NCBI GenBank assembly: GCA_963827855.1
Contig: CAWHBY010000001.1
Location: forward strand, 133,799-197,798
DNA length: 64,000 nt
Origin: an uncultured Phycisphaerae bacterium
GTDB lineage: Bacteria > Planctomycetota > Phycisphaerae > Sedimentisphaerales > Anaerobacaceae
Reading direction: 5' to 3'
Part shown: one piece after another, positions 57,366-64,000 of the stretch
How the letters are laid out: each line of letters starts with the position of its first letter
How positions within the stretch are numbered: position 1 is the first letter of the stretch
Notes under the pieces: model-generated
Database searches by the model: none
What the model was told of the DNA's origin: nothing
Seen by the model: the letters and a program-made list of their open reading frames with translations, nothing else
Position numbers and translations under genes: made by a program

Positions 57366-58061
57366 TCACGCCTTGTAGATCAAGTACACCCCTGCCACCA
57401 GGATCAGCACGCCGCAGACCTTCTTCACGATCACTGCGCCCTTGGATCGCTCGTTCCAATCCATGTACCGCTGGACGACCTCGGTGAACGTGCCGGCCAG
57501 GACGATCACAGAGCAGTGGCCGATGCCGTACACGAGCAAGAGAAGGACGCCGTAGCCCAGGGCGGTGGCAGCCAGCCTGAAGGTGACCGCAAGCATGGGG
57601 GCCATGTAGGCAAAGGTGCACGGACCCAGGGCGATGCCGAAGACCAGGCCCAAAACAAAGGCCGCCAGCATACCTTTCTTACGCATTCCGACCTGGCCAG
57701 GCCCTGACCAGGGCATGGGGATGACATCCAGGAGATAGAGCCCTACCAGAAAGAAGATCACGGCCACCCCGTAGTTGCCCCAGCGTCCCACGTCTCCCAT
57801 CATGCGGCCTGCCATGGCCGTGATGGCCCCAATGACGCCGATCGTGATCAGGACGCCCACGGCGAAGAGCGCCGAAAGCCCGAAGGCACGCCGGGTCGAT
57901 GTCACACCCTGTCCGTTGATGAAGCCCACGATCAGGGGGATGCTGGCCAGGTGGCAGGGACTGAGCAGGATACTGAGGATGCCCCAGACAAAGGCTGCAC
58001 CCAGGGCGATCGCAGGGGTGCCCTCGACGGCATGGGTCAGTGCAGTAAACAGGCTTTCCAT
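57366..58061 (-). CDS. ccdA: CcdA/DsbD-type thiol:disulfide interchange membrane protein
   Basis: 231 aa and about 6 TM. Conserved TM cysteines in LLSPCHLASIPL and ALGPCTFAYMAP. Confidence 0.85.
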   Translation of the reverse strand: MESLFTALTHAVEGTPAIALGAAFVWGILSILLSPCHLASIPLIVGFINGQGVTSTRRAFGLSALFAVGVLITIGVIGAITAMAGRMMGDVGRWGNYGVAVIFFLVGLYLLDVIPMPWSGPGQVGMRKKGMLAAFVLGLVFGIALGPCTFAYMAPMLAVTFRLAATALGYGVLLLLVYGIGHCSVIVLAGTFTEVVQRYMDWNERSKGAVIVKKVCGVLILVAGVYLIYKA

Positions 58062-58064
58062 TGG

Positions 58065-58973
58065 CTACTTGACTCCCATCTCAGCCAGTTTCTTCTCGAT
58101 CTCATCCTGTGGCCAGAAGCCCACGTGGCGGAAGACCTCCTTGCCGTCCTTGTCATAGAAGAACTGCATGGGAATGCTCGAAATGCCGTATCGAGCTGCC
58201 AGGACCTGTTCCTGGCCCACGTGGACGAACACCACGTTCACCTTGCCCGCGTATTTGGTCTTCAGGGTCTCCAGGATCGGGGCCAGCATATCGCAGGGCC
58301 TGCAGCCCGTGGAGCCGAAGTCCACCAGGGAGGGCCTGCCGCTTGCGCGGGCCTTGTCCACGGGATTGTCCTTGGCCAGGACGGCCTGTGCCTTGGCCCA
58401 TACATCAGAGACCTCGATCGGCATTCGTTGGCCCAGGGTGCGGACGTGCTGCTCGACCAAGTCCTGCTGTTTCTGCTGGAGGACCACCTGCTTGATTTGG
58501 CCCTTCACCTGGGCCAGGGTAGCCCCGCCACAGGCGTCCTTGTTGGCCTGGTAGAATTCGGCGACCTCCTGGTCCGAGACCGTCACCTTCTCCACGATGC
58601 CTTGCAGGTAGCGCTGGATCAGGTTCCGTTCATTGGGATCGGCGCTCGACGTCTGGGCCTTGGCGGCCTGAGCAAGCAGCTTGGTCGTGGCCGTTCCTTC
58701 CAGGACATGGAAGGCGTTCTTGCGGAGTTGTTCCTGTTGCGCCTGGGGGGCCTGGGCGATCCGTTCTGCGACCTCCTTCTCGCTGATGGCCAGGGTTCCC
58801 GCCTTCAAGAGCACGCCCTCAGGCAGGGTCGCCAATCTGGCGTAAGTCAGGGCCCCACTGGCCAGACCTGGATAGACGTCCTGGACGCAGGAGGGGTCTG
58901 ACAGGGCATAGGCGGAGGGCACACAGGCCCATGCGATACCGATTATGACGGATTCAACGATGTAGCCTCTCAT
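58065..58973 (-). CDS. Periplasmic SurA_N-like chaperone module fused to thioredoxin (CRPC)
   Basis: Signal peptide MRGYIVESVIIGIAWACVPSAYA. Helical Gln/Ala-rich module. C-terminal Trx fold LVDFGSTGCRPCDMLAPILE..IPMQFFYDKDGKEV. Confidence 0.7.
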   Translation of the reverse strand: MRGYIVESVIIGIAWACVPSAYALSDPSCVQDVYPGLASGALTYARLATLPEGVLLKAGTLAISEKEVAERIAQAPQAQQEQLRKNAFHVLEGTATTKLLAQAAKAQTSSADPNERNLIQRYLQGIVEKVTVSDQEVAEFYQANKDACGGATLAQVKGQIKQVVLQQKQQDLVEQHVRTLGQRMPIEVSDVWAKAQAVLAKDNPVDKARASGRPSLVDFGSTGCRPCDMLAPILETLKTKYAGKVNVVFVHVGQEQVLAARYGISSIPMQFFYDKDGKEVFRHVGFWPQDEIEKKLAEMGVK

Positions 58974-59015
58974 ACAGCGACTCCTCTGCCCCCAAAGGGG
59001 CCTTCACAGTCAGTA

Positions 59016-60281
59016 TCACTTTGGAGCACACTCGCCGATCTTGCAGGCCTTCTTGATCTGGTCGGGCGAGAGCTTCATCTTGTCGGCCAATGCCTGAGCG
59101 ATGGAGATGAGCCTGCCGGTCTCGTGAGGGTTCTTCTCAACCCACTTCCTGAGGTTGTCTGCGTTCGTAAAGAAACCTTGGTGGAAACAGCCGGCAGAGG
59201 CCCAGGTGCCATCGGGCTTCTGACGCTGTCCGAACCAGGCCACCGCAGTCGCCGGCTCCAGGGAGGCGATCTTGCCTTCAAAGGTCTTGACCACGATTGC
59301 GTCGCCGGTCAGGCGATCCTTTTCGTGGACCTCGATGTCCTTGCCCGTGCGGGCCGCCACGCCCAGTGCGCAGTGGGAGCAGCAGCCCCAGGTGTGCACT
59401 CCGCCTTGTACGATGACCTCGGCCACGTCCTGCGGATAGACCGCTCGGTCGCAGAATCCGCAGCGATGGGATAGCTCTTTCTGCTGAAGTGCCGCCAGCG
59501 CAAGGACACTCCCCCCGCTGGCCGCCCGCTCTGCGACAGCGGTATCCCTTCCTGTAAACGCCTTGACCCACGGCCTGCCTGTGGCCTCGTCCTCGCCGCA
59601 GAGGAACGCGGCCTCGGAGATCGGGATCGGTTTGCCTGCGGTCCAATCCATGACCGTGACCTTCTTCTCAAAGCCGGTCTTGTCCTCTGTCAGACACGAG
59701 ACCATGATGAAGTAGCAGTGGGGGTCGCACAGTCTGACAGGTCCCTTGTCGGTTTGCACGGTCACCGCGGTCTTCTCCTGGATGTCGCCGTCACACATGT
59801 AGCAGATGCGGTCCTTGGGCCGCTCATCAGTCTTGGCTGGTGACAGCCGCTCGAACGCGGGGCTCGCAGCAGAGGCCGTGGCGAGGTTGACGCCCATCTC
59901 CGTCCACTTGGCGAGTATGTCTTCCTTGGAGAAGAAGCCTTCATGACGGAACAACTCCTTGCCGGCCGCATCGAAGAAGATCTGCGTGGGGATGAGCTGG
60001 ATACCATAGGGCGTGCCGAGGTCGGGGTTCTTGCCCACGTCAACGAACATGACCTCCAGCCTCCCTGCATAGTCCTTCTTGAGTTCTTCCAAAATAGGGG
60101 CCATCATTTTGCAGGGGATGCACGTGGTGGACCCGAGATCGACCAGCCTGGGCAGCCCTGAAGAACTCGCCTCCATCGAGGCGATGCCAGAGGGTGCCGT
60201 GCGGCCTTGCTTGACGGCCAGCACCACAGCCACAGCAACGACCAGGCCAATGACCACAACGATCTTGATGATCTTGTTCAT
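59016..60281 (-). CDS. Membrane-anchored thioredoxin (CIPC), NosL-like Cys-rich module and MerB-like (alkylmercury-lyase fold) C-terminal domain
   Basis: Start trimmed to ATG 60281 (AAGGAG RBS; MNKIIKIVVVIGLVVAVAVVLAV anchor). Trx fold LVDLGSTTCIPCKMMAPILE..IPTQIFFDAAGKEL. Cys-rich module ICYMCDGDI..VRLCDPHCYF. The C-terminus aligns by eye to MerB: HCALG vs WCALD, LEPATAVAW vs VEPAGMAVS, GCFHQGFF vs CCHVHFF, GRLISIAQAL vs GLAIVSVHEAF. Confidence 0.6.
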   Translation of the reverse strand: MNKIIKIVVVIGLVVAVAVVLAVKQGRTAPSGIASMEASSSGLPRLVDLGSTTCIPCKMMAPILEELKKDYAGRLEVMFVDVGKNPDLGTPYGIQLIPTQIFFDAAGKELFRHEGFFSKEDILAKWTEMGVNLATASAASPAFERLSPAKTDERPKDRICYMCDGDIQEKTAVTVQTDKGPVRLCDPHCYFIMVSCLTEDKTGFEKKVTVMDWTAGKPIPISEAAFLCGEDEATGRPWVKAFTGRDTAVAERAASGGSVLALAALQQKELSHRCGFCDRAVYPQDVAEVIVQGGVHTWGCCSHCALGVAARTGKDIEVHEKDRLTGDAIVVKTFEGKIASLEPATAVAWFGQRQKPDGTWASAGCFHQGFFTNADNLRKWVEKNPHETGRLISIAQALADKMKLSPDQIKKACKIGECAPK

Positions 60282-60411
60282 AACGTCTCCTTTGGCCCTC
60301 AAAACGGAGGGAATCCATGAAAACACAAGCCACATCCCGACCGCGCAGGCCAGGAGGACCCAGAAGTTGGCCTTGACACAACTGCAACCCTGTGCCAGCA
60401 GCATCATTGTC

Positions 60412-60792
60412 TCATCCACAGGCTATCATCTCGGCGGCCTTCGCAGCGACCTTGTTGACGTTGTCTTCAGTCGCAGGGCTCTTGCCCTTCTCCAGGCCGA
60501 GGTCCGCCAGTTGCAGATGCTTGAAGGTCTTGAACCCGGCCTGCTCCAGGCTGGCCTTGACGCAGTTGAGCGGACAGCCATCAACGGCCAGGATAGTCTG
60601 GGCCGACTCGGTGGTCTTGAGGATGCCGCTGATGCGGCCGCCCAGGCCGGCCATGCAGAACATCTTGCCTGTGCCTTCGCGGTTGAGCTTTCTGGCCGCC
60701 CGATCTGCGATCTCGCCCACATCGGCAGCCCCGCTGCACGCAAACACCAGTTTCGGTCCGCCACTGCATCCACACGATTGCTGATTGCTCAT
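60412..60792 (-). CDS. DGC-domain putative zinc-binding protein
   Basis: 126 aa. FACSGAADVGE, CMAGLGG and AVDGCPLNC motifs. Confidence 0.75.
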   Translation of the reverse strand: MSNQQSCGCSGGPKLVFACSGAADVGEIADRAARKLNREGTGKMFCMAGLGGRISGILKTTESAQTILAVDGCPLNCVKASLEQAGFKTFKHLQLADLGLEKGKSPATEDNVNKVAAKAAEMIACG

Positions 60793-60823
60793 CTGTCGTC
60801 CTTTCTGCGTCTGTTCCCGTTGC

Positions 60824-61060
60824 TTACGCCAGCATCTTCTTGATCTCCTCCGGCGAAGGCACCTTGCCCACGACCTTGACTTGGCCGTCCACGGCCAGGG
60901 CAGGAGTCATCATGACGCCAAAGGCCATGATCTGATTGATGTCCGTCAGCTTTTCCAGGGTGTACTCTACACCCAGTTCCTTGGCCGCTGTCTCGGTGTT
61001 CTCAGCCAGCTTCTTGCACTTGGCACAGCCGGTTCCAAGTATCTGTAGCTTCTTCACCAT
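60824..61060 (-). CDS. Thioredoxin_3 family (redox-active disulfide protein 2-like)
   Basis: Start trimmed to ATG 61060. MVKKLQILGTGCAKCKKL..TPALAVDGQVKVVGKVPSPEEIKKML. Confidence 0.85.
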   Translation of the reverse strand: MVKKLQILGTGCAKCKKLAENTETAAKELGVEYTLEKLTDINQIMAFGVMMTPALAVDGQVKVVGKVPSPEEIKKMLA

Positions 61061-61067
61061 GTACTCC

Positions 61068-62609
61068 TTAGAAGATCGCCCCAAAAATCATACCACTGAT
61101 TGTGGCCATCACGACCACCAGCGAGACGAACACTACAGTCTTCTGCGTGCCCATGATGCTGCGTAAGACCAGCATACTGGGCAGCGACAGGGCAGGCCCT
61201 GCCAGAAGCAGGGCCAGGGCCGGACCTTTACCCATGCCCGACCCGATCAGGCCCTGGAGGATCGGGACCTCGGTCAGGGTGGCGAAGTACATGAACGCCC
61301 CGAATATGCTGGAGAAGAAGTTGGTCCACAATGGCCAGACGGCCCGGGCAAGGCCCTCGAATGCCCCGCCGCCCCAGCCGGTGATCGCCAAGAAGGTGTC
61401 CGGGCTGTCGCCCACGAGCATCTTGACGTACTTGCTGGGGATGAACCCCTCGTGGTCCACACGTCCAAGCAGGAATCCGGCTACCAGCACACCGAAGAAC
61501 AGCAAGGGCAGGATCTGCTTGGCAAAGGCCCACGTAGACGCAAACCACTCCCCGGCCTCACCCTTGTCAGTGCTGGTGATGGCCGACAATCCCACAACGG
61601 CCGCTGCGAAGGGAATCATGAGCATCATGCCCTGCATGGGAAGGACCAGGGCAAGGATCACGGCCGGAACCGCGGCCAGGACCACCTTCCACCACTTGAT
61701 GGCGAACCAGAAGACAAGGATCAGCGAGAACGCGACTGCAAAGGCGGTCGTCACAAGCCATTTGTGCTGCCAGATCGTCGTCCACGTGCCGGACACAGGC
61801 GTCTTTGTCTGGATTGTAGCAGCGGTGATGGTCATATCTTTACCCGTATCCGGCCCGCTGATGACCTTCAATGAGTAAGAAGCTCCCTCCGCCGCGGGAT
61901 TCTCCGGGGCCTTAACGACAGCAGCCTCGAACTGCTGCCCATTATTCAGCTTGAAGGCGAACGCGTTAGGTGCGCCCCAGTTGGCGAAGACCAGGATGCC
62001 GATCATGACCGCGAAGAACAGGGCGTTCTGCCATAAAGGCCTGGACACCTGCGGCTCAGGTGCAGCCATCTGGGCCTCGACCTTGGCCTGTTCCTCCTTG
62101 CGATAGATCAGGTGCATCAGCAGGCCGATGATCACGCTGAAGCCGATCGCGCCCACGGCCCGGGCAATGCCCAGCTCCAGGCCCAGGATGCGGGCGGTCA
62201 GGATGATGGCCAGCACATTGATCGCAGGACCGGAATACAGGAATGCACAGGCCGGTCCCAGGCCCGCGCCCATCCGCCAGATGCCGGCGAACAGGGGCAA
62301 CACCGTGCACGAACAGACTGCCAGGATCGAGCCGGAGACGGAGGCCACACCATAGGCCAGGATCTTGTTGGCCCTGGCCCCGAGGTACTTCATCACAGAG
62401 GCCTGGCTGACGAACACGCCGATCGCCCCGGCAATGAAAAAGGCCGGGATTAGGCACAGCAGCACGTGCTCGCGTGCGTACCACTTGAGCAGGTGAAGGG
62501 CCTCCATGACCGCGTTGTCGAATTGCCCCCAGCCCACGGGCAGCCAGAAGAACGCGACGAACACCGCCACGATGGCGGCCAACTTCTTCCACTCGCTTTT
62601 CCAATCCAT
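61068..62609 (-). CDS. ArsP_1/DUF318-family permease (two-half architecture with an inserted soluble loop)
   Basis: Start trimmed to ATG 62609 (MDWKSEWKKLAAIVAVF). Motif SVSGSILAVCSCTVLPLFAGIWRMGAGLGPACAFLYSGPAINVLAI. Second half: FMYFATLTEVPILQGLIGSGMGKGPALALLLAGPALSLPSMLVL. Confidence 0.8.
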   Translation of the reverse strand: MDWKSEWKKLAAIVAVFVAFFWLPVGWGQFDNAVMEALHLLKWYAREHVLLCLIPAFFIAGAIGVFVSQASVMKYLGARANKILAYGVASVSGSILAVCSCTVLPLFAGIWRMGAGLGPACAFLYSGPAINVLAIILTARILGLELGIARAVGAIGFSVIIGLLMHLIYRKEEQAKVEAQMAAPEPQVSRPLWQNALFFAVMIGILVFANWGAPNAFAFKLNNGQQFEAAVVKAPENPAAEGASYSLKVISGPDTGKDMTITAATIQTKTPVSGTWTTIWQHKWLVTTAFAVAFSLILVFWFAIKWWKVVLAAVPAVILALVLPMQGMMLMIPFAAAVVGLSAITSTDKGEAGEWFASTWAFAKQILPLLFFGVLVAGFLLGRVDHEGFIPSKYVKMLVGDSPDTFLAITGWGGGAFEGLARAVWPLWTNFFSSIFGAFMYFATLTEVPILQGLIGSGMGKGPALALLLAGPALSLPSMLVLRSIMGTQKTVVFVSLVVVMATISGMIFGAIF

Positions 62610-62665
62610 GCGATTGCCTGCCTTCAAGTACTCACTTATAGGCGACGAAGGAAGACCATCGTCGA

Positions 62666-63007
62666 TCACCGAGGGTTCAGTTTCAGCGTCTTCAAGAGCA
62701 CGGCCTCTTGCCGAGTCCTTTCCCGGAGAGCCTGATCGACGCATCCCAGGAAACTGAGGATACACGGTATACGAAGCCTGTAGATCACCTTCAGCCCATC
62801 CTTGCGGCTCTCCAACACTCCCGCCCTGAGCATGACCGACAGATGCCTGGAGACATTCGATCGCTGCGCGCCCACGTGCTCGACAATATCGCAGACGCAC
62901 TGCTCACCCTGACTGAGAAACTCAATGATGGCAAGCCGGATAGGATGTCCAGCAGCTTGGATGATCTCCGCCTTCAATTGGTAGCATCTTCTTGTGTCTG
63001 CATTCAT
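62666..63007 (-). CDS. ArsR/SmtB-family metalloregulator (second copy)
   Basis: 113 aa. AAGHPIRLAIIEFLSQGEQCVCDIVEHVGAQRSNVSRHLSVMLRAGVL. Confidence 0.85.
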   Translation of the reverse strand: MNADTRRCYQLKAEIIQAAGHPIRLAIIEFLSQGEQCVCDIVEHVGAQRSNVSRHLSVMLRAGVLESRKDGLKVIYRLRIPCILSFLGCVDQALRERTRQEAVLLKTLKLNPR

Positions 63008-63038
63008 ATCTGCACCTACTCGGCAGAAAGGATATACA

Positions 63039-63067
63039 ACTATAACATGGTTTACTCACATATGCAA
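63039..63067 (-). promoter_or_regulatory. Promoter of the second ArsR-controlled cluster
   Basis: Minus strand: TTGCAT (63067-63062), a 17-nt spacer, TATAGT (63044-63039), about 31 nt before ATG 63007. AT-rich island. Confidence 0.5.
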
Positions 63068-63107
63068 CTGCGATAACTCGTGTTCGACGTTTTTCAGCCG
63101 ATGAGCA

Positions 63108-63482
63108 TCAGTTGTGGGGACACTTCTTCAGGCACATGAACCAGTCCAAGCACTTCACGTCTGGGTCGCGTTTGTCCATGCGATCCTTGTCCAATTGCTC
63201 AATGGACGACCTGGAGCCCGCAGGCATGTGGATGGCCCTGACCAACTCGCCGGGCTTGATGCTGTACCGGTCAACGACCACCCCTGGGTGGCAGAAGAGG
63301 CGGGCATTCCTGGCCATGGATAGAACGTCCCACGGCCCGCCTGTGTGGTCATAGTGTCCGTGGCTGAGGACCACGGCGTCCAGGCTGGACAGGTCGATAC
63401 CAAGGGAGCGGCAGTTCTCCGGCAAGGCAGGCCCCTGGCCCGTGTCGAAGAGGACCCGCGTGTGATCCGTCTCAATGAGCAC
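63108..63482 (-). pseudogene. Truncated MBL-fold hydrolase (COG1237-like) fragment
   Basis: ..LIETDHTRVLFDTGQG..LGIDLSSLDAVVLSHGHYDHTGG matches the family core, but the ORF is only 124 aa. In-frame sequence upstream (DSNADEWSGHGLA) has no start. An ATG-AAA lies one frame off at about 63525, and the C-terminal half of the fold is missing. Confidence 0.5.
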
Positions 63483-63605
63483 CGCTAGGCCATGACCGCT
63501 CCATTCATCCGCGTTGGAGTCATTTCATGGCTCGGTTTATGCACCATACTCCTGGATTATGCCCCCCGCGGACTGGACTGACAAGTGCCATTCTCCAGAT
63601 GCCCC

Positions 63606-63634
63606 TTGACAGGTCGTGGTTATGAACATATGCT
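63606..63634 (+). promoter_or_regulatory. Putative promoter of the DUF134 gene
   Basis: TTGACA (63606-63611), a 17-nt spacer, TATGCT (63629-63634). GGAG lies 7 nt before ATG 63666. Confidence 0.45.
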
Positions 63635-63665
63635 CATAATCATTCATGGGAAATGGAGTCTTCGA

Positions 63666-64000
63666 ATGCCAAGGCCTTGTTGCCTGCGTCACATTGGTTT
63701 CAAGCCGAGAGCTGGCCTTTTCAAGCCGGCAGGCGTTCCGGCATGTGCCCTGGAACAGGTGACACTGACCCTGGATGAAGTCGAAGCGTTACGACTGGCC
63801 GACCTGAACGGGCTTTACCAGGAGCGGGCGGCGGAGCAGATGAAGATCTCCCGACCGACTTTCTCAAGGGTCGTAGAGGAAGCGCGGCGGAAGGTGGCGG
63901 ACGCCCTTATTCACGGCAAGGCGATCCGCCTGGAAGGCGGAGCCGTGAGGATGGCAGGGGGTGCGGAAACGCTGGAAACAGACGGAGCGGGCCCTGTGGG
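63666..64000 (+). CDS. DUF134/UPF0251-family putative DNA-binding protein (3' end beyond the window)
   Basis: My own translation: MPRPCCLRHIGFKPRAGLFKPAGVPACALEQVTLTLDEVEALRLADLNGLYQERAAEQMKISRPTFSRVVEEARRKVADALIHGKAIRLEGG. This matches the DUF134 consensus (MPRP..R.V...P....FKP.G.P......V.L..DE.EA.RL.D..G..Q..AA..M..SR.T..R....AR.KVA.AL..GKAI). It is absent from the ORF track because it runs off the window edge. Confidence 0.8.
   Translation, partial: MPRPCCLRHIGFKPRAGLFKPAGVPACALEQVTLTLDEVEALRLADLNGLYQERAAEQMKISRPTFSRVVEEARRKVADALIHGKAIRLEGGAVRMAGGAETLETDGAGPV

Overview
GC-rich (roughly 60% by eye), densely coding bacterial chromosomal segment with about 45 credible protein genes and one tRNA. 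I saw no rRNA, CRISPR array, transposase, integrase or phage genes. All domain calls come from recognising motifs by eye; no searches were run. Many ORF-track starts were trimmed to the first start codon that gives a sensible N-terminus, RBS or coupling to the upstream gene. The gene content looks like Planctomycetota/Verrucomicrobiota (PVC) with some anaerobe-type genes (DUF134, DGC, ArsP-like); this is inference only.

Layout:
(1) 1-9252: tandem array of at least three giant secreted LTD-CotH proteins. Two neighbours share a 780-bp block of perfect identity, and the third copy is frame-broken.
(2) 9289-9456: tRNA-Asp(GTC) with a near-consensus promoter.
(3) 9965-24759: four paralogous secreted discoidin (F5/8 type C) proteins with a constant chassis and swapped N-terminal binding modules, plus a GH2 glycosidase split by a 1-nt change.
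(4) 24836-30988: a PmoA-like gene with two Gfo/Idh/MocA-type oxidoreductases, then a beta-helix/dockerin/MBL fusion.
(5) 31979-37230: MacA-MacB-TolC-type efflux operon. Every non-overlapping gene junction carries in-register tandem heptanucleotide repeats, and a further array lies at 42.5 kb.
(6) 38291-42460: autoregulated YtrA-type GntR-ABC operon whose last permease is fused to an LVIVD beta-propeller.
(7) Housekeeping genes pfk, nfu and mtnA.
(8) 45710-51758: five-gene operon encoding an SH3 protein, an M48 protease, a CHASE2 adenylate cyclase, an MBL hydrolase and a cNMP-binding MscS channel.
(9) 51912-55013: ars operon with an ArsC-ArsM-CMD triple fusion, followed by prfC.
(10) 57366-63067: second ArsR-controlled cluster (ArsP-like permease, Trx_3, DGC, anchored Trx-NosL-like-MerB-like protein, SurA_N-Trx, CcdA). 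This is my best candidate for an undescribed system.
(11) 63108-64000: truncated MBL gene and a DUF134 gene running off the window.

Three clear single-base frame breaks and one probable one all fall in accessory genes. Real pseudogenisation cannot be told apart from assembly indels using the sequence alone.
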